DNA of 64,000 nt. Source: Sporopachydermia quercuum (lineage: Eukaryota). The notes below the pieces were generated by a model that did no database searches, was not told where the DNA came from, and saw only the letters and a list, made by a program, of their open reading frames with translations. How positions within the stretch are numbered: the stretch's first letter is position 1; the number at the start of each line of letters is the position of its first letter. Positions 1 to 12,766 of this stretch are shown here, one piece after another. A program made the translations under genes and the position numbers. The stretch spans positions 620,001 through 684,000 of the forward strand of contig BCGN01000008.1 in the NCBI GenBank assembly GCA_001599295.1, written 5' to 3'.

Positions 1-386
1 AGTCTTAATCATCAAAGCATCAATAGATAATATCATTCTCAGGAAGACTGCAATATTTATTCGTGAACTTCAAAGATGCCGAGGAAGTGCCAATGTGACG
101 AAACGAAAATGTAGCTGACAACCAAAAAATTTACCAGCTGTAAAGAAGAAACTGATCTGAAATAAACATGTGCCACCAAATCAACTAAGGCAATGCAACC
201 AACGCATCCTAAGATCCAACTTAATTGCACAAAATCTTGCTGGTACTAAATCAAATCACACGCCTCAAACAATTATCAAATTAATCAAATCCTAGCCAAT
301 CTCCACCTCTTGGTACTTACTGTGTCTTCAGGTTCAACTTCAAATGGTAGCTTTTCCTTTTTGAAATCCTTCAGTATGATATGCAT
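1..386 (-). CDS. RAD23: Rad23 UBL-UBA nucleotide-excision-repair/proteasome shuttle; only exon 1 (321..386) is visible, and intron 1 starts at 320 and runs toward the window edge
   Basis: Not in the ORF track. Minus-strand ATG at 386 gives MHIILKDFKKEKLPFEVEPEDT followed by a GTAAGT donor (+ strand acttac 315-320). This matches the start of the Rad23 ubiquitin-like domain (yeast ...FKNFKKEKVPLDLEPSNT). No clear branch point/acceptor seen in 1-314. Confidence 0.8.
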
Positions 387-1250
387 TATGATCAGAAATT
401 CTATCACTCAATTATTCACTTTTCACTATACTATGATGTACTGAAAACTCTTCTAAAACAAGAAACAGAAAATTGAAGTTGTTCTTTTGCATTTGATTCG
501 ATTGACCTTATCTGCAGACAGATTACTACTTTCCCTTGCAATTCGTAAGGTTGGTCTTTCATGATACGAAATATACAATTGATATTCCTACACCTGTTGC
601 AATATGGTTAAAGAGACTAGTTTGGGAAATAATAACTAAACGTTACCAAACAAAACGGAAATTATACAATACCGTCTCCGATATAACAGAGAGGGTCTAA
701 CTAGGAAATCTGTTATAAACCTACTTTTTGGGGCATAGGTGTTGAGCGTTAACTTTGCACTTCAAATAGGGTCCCTCATCAGCTTTTTTATCATTGTCCC
801 ATAATAGGTGTACTTAGCGATTCCCGAGACCATTTGACTCAAAGTTTCCGAAATTTCAATGCGATAAGACAAGAATGCTCAAATGAGCTTGATCTGATGG
901 CAAATGAAAAGTTAGTGATAGGTAACGAGCTGATGCTGCTCGAGAAGAAGTTGATCCGGTTACAGTAATTGGGAATAAAGTCACTGTAATGAGTCGGAAA
1001 AGGTAGGCATGGGTATAGATTTTGGTAGTTCTAGTTATTTATTAATATTCTACTGACCATTGATATAGAAGATGACCTCATACCGTGGGGAGATAATGTT
1101 ATGTGAATGATTCAGGACCTACCAGTTGTTGGATTCAAAAAGCTTTCTATTGACGTAAAACAGATTAATGCTAGGCCAATCGATTTGTAATTTAGTGAAG
1201 AAAGTTGAAAGAAATTCGAATCCTTAACGAAAAGCGTTACCTAAATCAAG

Positions 1251-3412
1251 ATGTATGTGAGCCCTACATTAGTTAGTGTATTGAGCAGAACCAGTGATCC
1301 AGTCTGTTGAATTAATGATTAATAGTCAAATGAGTACGGCACTAACATTTCTATCATTATTTTAGGTCTTATAGAAGAACAAGAAAACGTACAGGTCAAA
1401 ATGAGGTTGAGGTGATGGGTCCGTAAGTGCTAGTTCCATACTTGATTATATGAAGCTATAGATTGAGATGGTGATCAATATTCTAACTAACTATTCTCCA
1501 GTAACTCTGCCATGACAGCTTTCTTAAGAGTAAGTTACGTCTGATCTCATGATTTAAATTTAATAATTAAGTTATAAAACCACCAGATAAACAAACATCA
1601 ACTTTGTCGAATACTAATAGTAATCCCTCATCATAGGAACATGGTATTGATAATGACGCTATTCAACGTATGGGAAATAGATACACAGGAAACAACAACA
1701 ACGGGGAAGAAACACAAGAAATACCTGCTAATTTAGAATCAACTGAAAATCCAAACACCAGAGAAACAAGTATACTTAGTGAGAGTAATCCTGTAACTAA
1801 TCAAAATACCGAAACAGAAGATGAAGAGATAGCTTTAATCAGACAAGCTGCTCGTGAGAAAAGGAATCGTGCGAACAATAATAGCAATGAAAATAATTTA
1901 TCTGAAGATGATTGGGTTGATGGTGAACAAAGCAGAATTCATCAAATTGGATCAGTTGACTTCTGCGACGAATGTGATAGACGTTTCACTATATCATCTA
2001 ATTCTCTAAGGAGAGTTAATGAACAAACAGGCGAAATCTCATATCTTTGCGATAGCTGTAGTAAACAGCAATATGCTAAGGATAAGCGGAAAAGAACTAA
2101 CGAGTTAGCTGCTAGAAAGAAAAGAAAGAAAATCGCCCAAGCTTTGTTAGACAGACAAGAATATAGTCTGCCTAAATTGCAAGATTTATGTATTAAAGTG
2201 GTTTCAAAACACATTAAGGACGTTGAAATGCTTGGTGATATTGGATTGAACAATATGGCCAAACTTTCAAAGATTCTATCTAGATATAGATCTCTCGATG
2301 ATAATTCCATGAAACTGTTCTTATCATCATCGGTTAAAAATTTGGAGTTCTGGGATTGCTCAAAACTATCCAGTAGAAGTTTAAATTTAATACCTGCTTA
2401 TTGTCCTAATTTACAATCATTAAATTTAAACATGTGTGGTCAACTAGATGGAACTGTATTGAAATATATTGGCAGCAATCTCACCCATTTAACTAAACTA
2501 TCTTTCAATGGTCCTTTTCTTGTATCACCTAAACAATGGATAGAATTTCTACCATTAATTGGTCCAAGACTGAAGGCATTTCATTTATTCAACACTCATA
2601 GGTTCAATGATGAATGCCTAACGATTTTACTTAAATCAGCACCTGGGCTAGAAGAAATAACATTATCTCGTGTTGATGGTATAAATAAGAGCGAAAGTTA
2701 TAATCAAATAGCTGATTTGCTTCCAAATCGTCATCAATTAACTCATTTGGAGCTTTCGTACCCTAGTCAAGAAGATTTGATTGTTGATGATATCGTTGTC
2801 CGAATACTGAATACTCAAGGCCGAAAGTTAAAATCTCTTGTTTTGGATGGTTGTCTTGATTTAACGGATTCGATAATAACTGAAGGCATTAAGCCAAACT
2901 GTTTGAAATTGCAGAACCTTTCACTTGTTCTGATTGATCAACTATCAACAGAAGCTGTTAAGGATATGTTTGATTTTTGGAGAGCGGAAGTTAATGAGAG
3001 CAAGTCAAACCCTGGCCTAATGACAGTTAATCTCAAGAGAGCTATATCATTAGGTGATAATGCTATTATTGCTTTGATTCAACACTCAGGCCATTCATTA
3101 ATTGAGCTCAATATCAACTCTTTAGGTTCATTGACTAAAAAGACTTTTATGTTTCTCTGTGGATATCCTGATTTTGAGATCGACCGTTATATCAAAGGTA
3201 TCAAAGTCAGTGTTCATAAGACTAGATGTCAGCTTCTGACTCATCTTGACACAGGCTTTGTCAAGTGTGTTGATGATCAAGTAATTGAAATGCTTGGCTT
3301 CTGTTGCTCTAAATTGACATTGCTGGAAGTCTATGGCAATAACATGTGTACTCATCAAGCAAGAATAAGGCCTGGTTTGAAAGTCATTGGCAGACAAAGT
3401 GATAGTATATAG
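1251..3412 (+). CDS. RAD7: Rad7 LRR nucleotide excision repair protein, join(1251..1252,1366..1422,1502..1529,1637..3412), about 620 aa
   Basis: LRR body with CxxC...CxxC and LPKLQDLC motifs. Three introns: GTATGT/CACTAAC/TAG, GTAAGT/CTAAC/CAG and GTAAGT/TACTAAT/TAG. Splicing them restores the N-terminus MSYRRTRKRTGQNEVEVMGPNSAMTAFLREHGI, matching the Rad7 GPNSALTxFLRE motif and in frame with ORF 1670..3412. Confidence 0.92.
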
Positions 3413-3638
3413 TACAGTTTATTAATAATGAAAAGAACCGGTTGTGATGGTCATTGAATAGGGTAGNTATTAATGTTATGTATTTGATGTTAATGCAAGT
3501 TGACCTAGTGTTATTACGTAAGTTTCTGAAAAATTTGGTGTTTTTCTTGCGTTATTTTATGATTTTAGGAACTGTTTTTGAATTGTCATTCATCTATTCC
3601 TATGTTCAGTTATTTTATTATAAAATACATGGAAGTTA

Positions 3639-5755
3639 TCAATCAGCATTTGATTTAGAAGGGACCAATGATAAATAATCCCCAGTTACAGTTGAATTCC
3701 CTATTCTAACAAAAGCTGTCCCAGATATTTGTTTCTTATCACCATGACTAGAATCTATTTCAATACCAGGATGACCGTTTTCTGCTTTTAATCTCTTTTC
3801 TGTAGTTTCCAAATTCAAATCCTTGGCTACTTTTTTTTTCAAGAATGATTGAACTGCAATAGGACCTTTTGTTTGAATATCAAACATAAAATAATCACTG
3901 GAAAGCTTCTGGGTAGAGCCTAATGTTATCAGTAGTTCTAAATACTCTTCGACAATATCATACACCAATCTGTAAGGTAGATAAGCCTTTTCTACTACCA
4001 GCTTAACTGTGTTTGATAATTCTGTGAGATCACGTGAACTATGCCTTGTAGCATTAGGTATAATTGTCTGAACGGAGAAAACGGAAAATCGGAAATAGCC
4101 AAGCCAGAATTCTTTATTACTTTTCAGAATATCACGATTGCAGTATTTCTTGTAAACTTGACTTGCTTTTATGATATCCCTTCTGTTGATCCAGTATAGT
4201 TTCCCAAGTTCATTGATAACAGTTCCAATAGCTGTGTCAGGTAGAATGTCTTCTATTTCTGTATCAGATGAACGATCTTTTGAAACGTCATCACTTTCCT
4301 TGTCCTTCTTTTTCTCTGCTAATCTTTTGAAAAACTTATCAATAAAAGTTGTGGCTAGCTTGATTGCAGTGTCTATGCCTTTTGTTCTACGCTCAAATTG
4401 GATCCTTAGTCTCCATGAAGACACTATTGACGGTTCGTTTGCAATGTAGGTGTTTAAGAAGCTTTTAGCTCTAGCTAATGACGAGGCAGTACCAATACTT
4501 TCTAGAAACAAACAGAAACTATGTCTTAGTTTTGGTTTAGATGTGGGAATGAAATAAGTACAAGCTCTTTGATAAACAGCTATAATTGTTTCAGCCAGAT
4601 CCTTCCTCAAATCACCATCTGAATCAGGATCATTTGAGCAAATTTCGTATCTCTGAAACAAAAAGTGTTGATAGTTTAGCCAAATACCTTCTTCAAATGC
4701 ACAAGGAACTAATGCCCGTTCATATAATATTTTTATTTGTTCGAAATCTTTCTGACTCTCTTCATAATCAAGATATTTAGCCCATATTCTAACCTGAGAT
4801 TCTTCAACCGGTATTACCAAAAAATACGATCTGATGATTTCTGATTCATACTGCCAACGGTCATTTACGCCTTGTTGAATTTTAGCATATAGTTGTAAAT
4901 AATACTCGTTGACTTTCTCACTTAGAGCTGAAGAATCATCATTATTAGCTGTTTTACTTACTTCATCTAAAACAACTTGAGGAACAACTTCAGTTACAGG
5001 TANCTGGGACAACAGCTCAATGAACCTTTCAAAATAGCCAGCGTACTGATATAGATATTTCTGAGATATACTTTCTAACAATTTGGCTACTGGAACACTA
5101 ATAATTCCGGATTTTGACTCCTCAAATGTGATATATTTATCCCAGAAAGGATGAGCCATGAAATCTCTACCACATGCTGAGCCACCTCTTTGAAATGATT
5201 CTCTGATTAGGTTTTCATCTTCCCCATATTGTTCTTGCAGAAAAGTAACATAATCTCCCCATAGATCAACACTCACAGGTATTGCTGCAACTCCTCGTTC
5301 ATAAATTTTTCTACATTCTTCTTTACCGGACACCAGTAAAACAGTATCAGCATATTGTTTCCAATACCCAAAAAACAAAGGATATCTCGATAACAGATCC
5401 TCAAACACGCTATATATTTTATCTCTTGTAGTTGGTGGTGTTTCCGTCGATAATCCTTCAGGTCCTGCTAATGCTATTGATTGTTGTAAGAGAGAATCCC
5501 ACAGTTCAACATTGTCAACATTGCCACGCTATAAATTAATATCGATCATGTTAGAAATTGCCAGAAAGAACAGTACTAATAGGTATACGAAATATGTCTA
5601 TTGGTATGCCCATGTTTTAATTATTTATAGTACAGTGAACCAGCTGAGAAAGATCAACTGTTGTCCCTGATCTCATCACTTACCACTTCACTATATAGGG
5701 CTGACCAACTATCAAGCTCTGTGTCATTGATTGCTGTAGATGAAGTCTCTGTCAT
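3639..5755 (-). CDS. PRP39: Prp39 U1 snRNP HAT-repeat splicing factor, complement(join(3639..5528,5684..5755)), about 653 aa
   Basis: HAT repeats (YPLFFGYWKQYA, SVDLW, GRDFMAHPFWDKY, YERALVPCA). Intron 5529..5683 has GTAAGT, TTCTAAC and TAG and joins exon 1 (MTETSS...LYSEV) in frame. Confidence 0.88.
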
Positions 5756-6785
5756 AATTGAATCTGCTCGCCAAGAAAGTACTATCACTTCTCTACCGCT
5801 AATTAAAAAATTTATTTGATCTTCGTGATCTCCGTCGCTTTATTGGTTGTACCAATCAGCAGATTTGTTGTTATTTCATCAAATTTCACAATAGTAAAAG
5901 CAATTCTGAAAGAATAATGTTGAGAAACACTCTGAATCCTGGGGGGTACCTGAAGACTGCGAAGTTTCTCTCGGTGTTAGGTTCACGCAACACCAGCAAA
6001 AGATAGGAGACAGAATATAAGAGAAGAAAGAGCTGATAAGAAAAAGAAAAGACAAGGAACTGAAAGGAATTTTTTGGTGTAGGTTGTTTTGATAAATGAA
6101 GTAAAAACTGGTTTTGAGAAGATAGTTACTTCAGTAGATTTTTTGGGAGGAAGTCATTAGGTTAGCTAATGCGTTTTTAGGTCTGAGATGAATAGCCAAT
6201 TGATGCGATTAGGGATGAGCAACGATAATAATCCTACGTTGATCTCAATGATTGGGATGTACTGAAAGTTTTCTTTAAAGTCAAAACGAGTGATGAATGA
6301 GGCTGAAATTTTGTTGTGTGTCTGGTATGATTTGGGTTGGATTGATGAGATTTTTTTTGGTTAACAAATTAAGTGACTTTACACGCCCAGACAGCCTGGT
6401 TGAGACTATTCCTTTCTTTTTTGTTGTGTGTGTGTGTGATTAACACTGTAGTCAATTTTTCTATTAAGGCTTTTATTTTGAGTTCTTCCAGTCATTAGTT
6501 TTCATATTAGCAATATAACCATGGTTGATGGTTCTGAAGAATATCTCTTCTCACTAGACACTTGATGAAACATATACATCTAACGATCAAACAATGAATG
6601 ATATGGAAATTTTTTTAGCTATGAGCATCATTTATATTGGCTCTACTTATTGTGTCAATCCTTTGTTGAAGTTCTAGTCTCTTAATTTACAGAGAGTACG
6701 ATGCAATAACTATTCACACTGGTCAAACAGTATATTGAAGAGGCAAAAGCAACATAGATACATTCGATCTTAATAAAAACAGTAC

Positions 6786-6872
6786 CTCCCGATGGCCCAG
6801 TTGGCTAAGGCGCGAGACTGTAATAGTATCATTGTTATCTTGAGATCGGGTGTTCGATTCACCCTCGGGAGA
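6786..6872 (+). tRNA. tRNA-Tyr(GTA) with a 13-nt intron (6824..6836)
   Basis: Acceptor stem CTCCCGA/TCGGGAG, D arm TGGCCCAGTTGGCTAAGGC, anticodon arm CGAGA-CT-GTA-A[intron]A-TCTTG, T loop GTTCGATTC, discriminator A. Confidence 0.96.
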
Positions 6873-6873
6873 C

Positions 6874-6929
6874 TTTTTTTTCTTTTTTTCTTTTTTTCTT
6901 TTTTTCTTTTTTTCTTTTTTTCTTTTTTC
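6874..6929 (+). terminator. Pol III oligo-T terminator extended as a (T7C)n tract
   Basis: Repeated TTTTTTTC units start immediately 3' of the tRNA. Confidence 0.75.
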
Positions 6930-7604
6930 TTCTGCATTTGAGGTGATCAGTTTAAGTTTCATAGTGCATTGTATTATTCAGCCAGTGTTAAGACTATAAA
7001 TATCTGAATAAATTTGCATCAGAGCCAAAACTCAGCTAATAACAAAGATGTAACTATAATACTAATGGAAGTTCTATATATAATTATAGAACTTTATAAT
7101 ATAACTGGAAGTGGAAAAAGTTTGATGCTGATTCTAGTAAAATATCTGGATTTACTGGACTAGCATTCTCTCTCNGTACTGCTCGTTGACACATGCACAA
7201 GCATGCAAGCTGATGCGAGATGAATGCAGATCTCTCCAAATCGGTAATCATGTAAACATTCCTAATTTCATTTTCATCTTTTCTGACATCAAGGCGAATC
7301 AATAGCTTATATTACTCTCTTGTCCAAGCTATTAACTATAACTGGGAGGAAACATAAATACATTGTCTGATCATAGTACATCGAAGAAACAGTATATTTG
7401 AGGCAAGAATCCGGTTTTGGATCCATTAATAGAGGCCATTAACAAGAAGTTGACAGTAGGCATTTTCTATTCTCTCCAGATCAATCGCTCTTTCCATTCA
7501 CACAGCCAAACGCGCAATCATCATTGAAATGATAAAGCAAAGGTAGGACTCATAAGGGTTGACTGACAAAACTTTTGGAATTGAAATCAGAATTGAAATC
7601 AGAA

Positions 7605-10401
7605 ATGAGTACAAGCAATAGTCGAAATATTAGCGCTGGCGCGAGTATTCCTGGCTTACATTTCATCTCTCCAGATCAGAACTTTGATCCACTATCGCCA
7701 GAGGATAACATATCTAAGCTAACCAAAGATAACGTGCAACACTTTGATGAAGAAAACTGGGAAGACGAGTTTGATTTCAACAATGAAAATGATGCGATGA
7801 ATGCATTTAACGTAAATACTGGATCTTCAATACCAGCAAGTACAGGTTATCGAAGAGGTGTCTCTGGTGAAACAAATCATCAACTAACTGATTTCATTGA
7901 AGAAGACGAGTTTTTCGAGGACAATGACCTGCTTGGATTCCCAAATGATGAAGATTTCGAGGGTGAAAATATGACGATAACTAAGGGGAATTCTAGGGAT
8001 TTTGTTCATCATATGAGTAGCTTGAATGAACAATTTCAGAATGCTACTCTTGTCTCTAAGAACCCTTCAGCAGAGCAGCAAAATAGTAAAGCAGTCAAGT
8101 TCTCAAAGTTTACTGATTTTGATGATATAGCATCAGAGGATGGCTTTGAATTTCCGGATGANCGGCTTGATTTCAATACTCGATTACAGTCCAAATTTCA
8201 GCAACCGCCAATACCACGGGCCTCAAAACAGCCATCCTATTCATTTTATGCACCAGATCTCAATTTGGAAGGCATGCGTGATATAAGTAGTCCTGCTCCT
8301 AGTACAAGAAGCAGCATATCATCAATTGACTCCTTATATGGAGAAAATGAAACTGACTCTACAGAACTACTAAGTGGAATTGAGTTACCGGATGAGCCTA
8401 TTGATTTACAAAACATTTTGACTACCAAACAGAAGGAAGCAATATTGAAAGCTTATAGAGATCAGCAGCAAGAAGACGAAGTACTAGGAACTATAGACAC
8501 ATTCCGGAGTCCTAAACAGAATAAACTAGCTGATCAACGGAAAAGTGTGATAAAAATATTTCAAGAAACAGGTTTTGATGAAAATGATGATGTGACATTC
8601 TTGGAAGGATTCGACCTAGCAAATCCTCAAAATGAACTAGTTTCTGATTCCAATTCGCCAATCAAAAACAACAGAAGTTCTCTTCTGAAAACCTATAATA
8701 CCCTAAAAGAGTTTCCAGATATAAATACCTTGCGGAATTTACATAAAAATGTAATTATCAAGCAACATGCGGGCGCATCAACACTAGATCAGGATGGATT
8801 TTTAACAAGTCCATCGAAAAACAGAAGGCAATCGGGAAACCTCAGATCCAAGCAAAGTATTGGTAGTTTTAGTACATCTCCGACAAAACCGACCAGGATT
8901 CCTCGGCCAGTACAAAGCTCCATCAATTTAAGATCAGATGCTAGTATTAATGAGGATTTTGGTATACTCAAAGCCGCGGACAATAATTTGAGTTCGAAAA
9001 CATCGGTTCCAATTCTGGAAACAGTTGATTTATTAACATTGAGGAATAATAAAAAAGACCTACATAGTTCGATTGATTCGACAAGTCCCAAAAGAAAGTT
9101 ACGGAAAACAGTATCATCGTTTGACTTAGGCAAAAGCTCTAACTCTAACTTAAACACTAGTGCAAACCTTAAGCTTAACTATAACTCTCTTTTAACTAAA
9201 GAAAAGAAACTACAGTTACTAGGCATAATCCAACGACAGACTCTAGGTACGGTTAAATCACAAGAGAAAAGACCAAATGTAGCTACCATATTTGAAGGCT
9301 ACGAAGCAGATATTGATAATGATACAGACCAAGGAAATTTCGATACCAATCAGCTAATCAATACACTGAAAAGGAAACAATTGGCTAAGCCAAAATCAGT
9401 CCATATATTTGGCGATGGAACTGAATTAGATGATATAGGAGATTTGCCAGTTGATACTGAAAAGCAGGATGATGAGGATTGGAATAATACAGTCAGTGCA
9501 AAGACTCTGAAATCAGTAAGAGATAAGAAAAAATTTGACCAAGTATCAAGGCAAAACTATTTAGGTAAGTTAAGTGTTGAACTACTGATAATTTATGTAT
9601 GCTCAAGTGCTTTTCAATATACTAACCAGATATCAGATGCTTTCAAAGAAACTGGTAAAGAAAGGACAAGAAGAAGACCCAAGGAACGCAAATTAAAGAG
9701 CAAAATAGGGTTAATTAAACAGTTTAATTCTCCTAGTAAGCCAGGTATGTATAAAAGTGATCTATTCCAATGATTTGCTTTGAAATTAACAACTTCTAGT
9801 TCTCGATGGCTATGGCAAGGAGATGAGATTCAACCCGGAAAAACTAATATGGGAAGGAAATGACTCTGATTTACGGAAATTTGATAATATTGCCAGGGAT
9901 GGTAGCATTAAGCATCCCGGGTTAATTGCTTTCATGTCTCACAAAGGTGTTCAAGTAGTCGGGAAAATGGTATTTGATCCTACTACATTATCGTGGATCA
10001 ATCTCGATGCACGGGAGGAGGAAAATGATCCATTTAAAGAAATAGAGGAAGAAGAGAATAGACAAGCGACAACGAACTATAGTCTTAGAGATTATTCACA
10101 AGGCCAAAACATGGACTTACCCCGACATTTATCTACGAGAAACAGTTCACTTGCTGTATCTCAAGATCGTAAAATATCCATAACTACAACAAGCAGCTGG
10201 ACCAATAGTAGTGCTGGTAGAAGTTTCGATGGCAATCAACCTGGAACTGAATTCGAATTATCAGAAGACACTATCAAAGCTTTGTATCATGAAGAACTTC
10301 GCTGGGATAAGAAAGTTAGGCATTGGTTTTCACCTAACGAACCATTTGATCGGCTTTATCAACATGAAATACGAAGAATGGTAATGGGTGAAAAGCAATA
10401 A
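7605..10401 (+). CDS. BFA1: Bfa1/Byr4 two-component GAP subunit (MEN/SIN), join(7605..9564,9637..9744,9800..10401), about 889 aa
   Basis: Acidic N-terminus (ENWEDEFDF), FGDGTELD, MRFNPEKLIWEGND and VVGKMVFDP...W motifs. Intron 9745..9799 (GTATGT/ATTAAC/TAG) fuses ORFs 7575 and 9823 in frame. Intron 9565..9636 has GTAAGT/TACTAAC/CAG. Confidence 0.85.
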
Positions 10402-11888
10402 TAGAGCATCTACAGGCACCATCCCAAACCAACCAAGTATTCAGAAGAATCAAACATAATTCACATAGTACTACGCATTTTTTTCTTCTGTCTTTTCTTT
10501 TTAGTAGGTAAGCTCATTTTCCAAAATACTATTATTATAGGTACTTTATAGCAATAATCACTCTACCTTCAATTCTGCTGTTATAGAGATTGTTTACTTG
10601 TACTCTAAGGTTCATATAATCAGAGAGATTAGAGAGTCGGCTTACTAACTGATGGCCTGAGGTAACAGTGAACGTTTGGTTATAAGCGAAACAAGACCGT
10701 TATGAACTATGGCGCATGATGAGAGGAGCTGTCCATATAAATAGAGTTCACGAGGATCATTTTCTGCTTAGATCGGAAATCTTAATAAAGTTTAATGGAA
10801 GTAAAAAGTTTATTATTATGGGGAACTTTAGAGTTTGAACTAGTTTACAATAATTATCTACCAGGAACCATTTTTTTCGCCCCATGACTTCCATAAATGA
10901 AGTGTAAAACCCATAAATGATCCCTGTGATACTGGGGAATTATCGAAAAGTTGATATCAGAGATGAAACCAACTCCAAATAAGTAATTTAAATCAAAGGA
11001 TGATTAAGTATTGATAAAATCTAAGAACGGATAATCTTCAATGGTCGTTTTCATTCTAGAGAATAAGAATGGTCTAGATCTTTCAAATATCTCGTCATTT
11101 CCATTATCAGATCTAAGATGATGGAGTGAAAGTATAAAAGAAAAAAGATACTAAACCAGGTTGATTCAATAATCATAAATTACATAGCCAATGATTTCAT
11201 ACTAAATAATGTTCTCAGAATGAATTAGAATAAGCCGAATGAAACATCAAAAGTCCGTGTTTTCCATACCTGAATTGTTTGCATATCTTCTGAGATATCG
11301 TGTGATTAGTAAGACTTATGTTACGACACTTAGAACAATCAACTAGCAATGTAATGATTTCATTATTTCATGGGGTTTGTTCATTGTTAGTGGCTAGGTT
11401 AGTTCACATATATCATATCTCATCATATTACAAGAATCATATATGTTGCCATTAACTCTAGTTTCATATAAATTCTAGTGTAATTGGAGACAATGCAGAG
11501 TCAAAAGTTGAAACGTTTGAAAGAAGCGAAGAATCTTCTAAGATATTGAATTTTGTTATATTACAGTAGAAAGTTTAAAACTTAATAATGAAACTTGCAT
11601 AAACCTTATTTATATCTTCTGACTAGCCATTTTGTCATTCTTCACCCCTCTTCAAAGTGAAGTATATAGAGGTGGTGCTTTTCTTGATTATTGATTCAAT
11701 ATAACAATATATACAATTACAATATGAGGAGTAAATGAAAGAAAATCATTAAAGAACATTATTAAAAGCAAACGATTACTATAAGATTGAAGTACTAGAA
11801 GTCGTACACAACCCTCACAAGTAACACAACATATTTTAGAATAAGATCATAATATCATAAAGAAGAGATTTGAATAAATTACTCGAAA

Positions 11889-12722
11889 ATGTTACCGGAA
11901 CAAAAAATTCTAAGTCCGCTTCCAACTTATCCATATCATGAAACAAATTCATCTTTGAGTTCTGGGGTTGAAGAACGACCTGAGCCTGTGGCGACTCCAA
12001 TTCCCAGTTTCAGGGCTCCCCAAGAAAGGAGGGCTTCAAATTATTACGAAGAACTGGGGAAGAACTTAGGAAGATCGACCCAGGCAAAAGACAAAAAAAG
12101 AAATTCACAACAACAAGAAAGTGAACAGAAACAAGAAAGGCTCCCCTTGTTCAGAAGATTCTCCACTGAATCAAATTATATCAACCCTCATGTATTGGAG
12201 CGTACGGAGGCTTTTGATCCTATATTCAAACTACACGGATTTAACCATTTCACAACGCATCAAGAAGACTCTCCTTATGCATCGTCACCGACGTCACCAA
12301 CCTGTAATCGGAGGAGTGAATCTCGTTCAGTGTCTCCAACAAGTGCTGAGCCAAGAACTCAAGCTCAGTCATTACCTCAGTTTAGATTTCATACATATAA
12401 TGAATTAGATGCCCCTCAACCACCTCCAAAGGATAGATGTGGGTATAGATACTCAACTTCTGGTTATTCTAGTTCAATGCAACCATCATTCAGAAGAAGG
12501 TTCAGTCATGATTACGATCCAAGGCGATTCTTCGGTTTCCATCACGAATCAAGCGAAAATCATCCTATTGTGCCATATGTTTACGACCATGATAAAGATC
12601 CAGAACGGACTGTGTCCGAAGAAGAGTTCTCAGACGATGAGGAGATAAGCCATAAGAGACAATTCAGTTACAATGATTATAAACGGCAAGCAATGAGAAA
12701 TATTATGTCTCACCATCACTAA
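11889..12722 (+). CDS. Hypothetical disordered Ser/Pro/Arg-rich protein, 277 aa
   Basis: ATG in AAAATG context and a TATA-like tatataga near 11663. Several RRxS sites. No recognised domain. Confidence 0.7.
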   Translation: MLPEQKILSPLPTYPYHETNSSLSSGVEERPEPVATPIPSFRAPQERRASNYYEELGKNLGRSTQAKDKKRNSQQQESEQKQERLPLFRRFSTESNYINPHVLERTEAFDPIFKLHGFNHFTTHQEDSPYASSPTSPTCNRRSESRSVSPTSAEPRTQAQSLPQFRFHTYNELDAPQPPPKDRCGYRYSTSGYSSSMQPSFRRRFSHDYDPRRFFGFHHESSENHPIVPYVYDHDKDPERTVSEEEFSDDEEISHKRQFSYNDYKRQAMRNIMSHHH

Positions 12723-12766
12723 TATTCAATACTGAGAACAACAACATTAAACCATTAAATTAGTTT

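Noticed and set aside
6723..6962. 79-aa minus-strand ORF with a poly-Lys run
   Set aside because: It is the antisense of tRNA-Tyr and its T-rich terminator.
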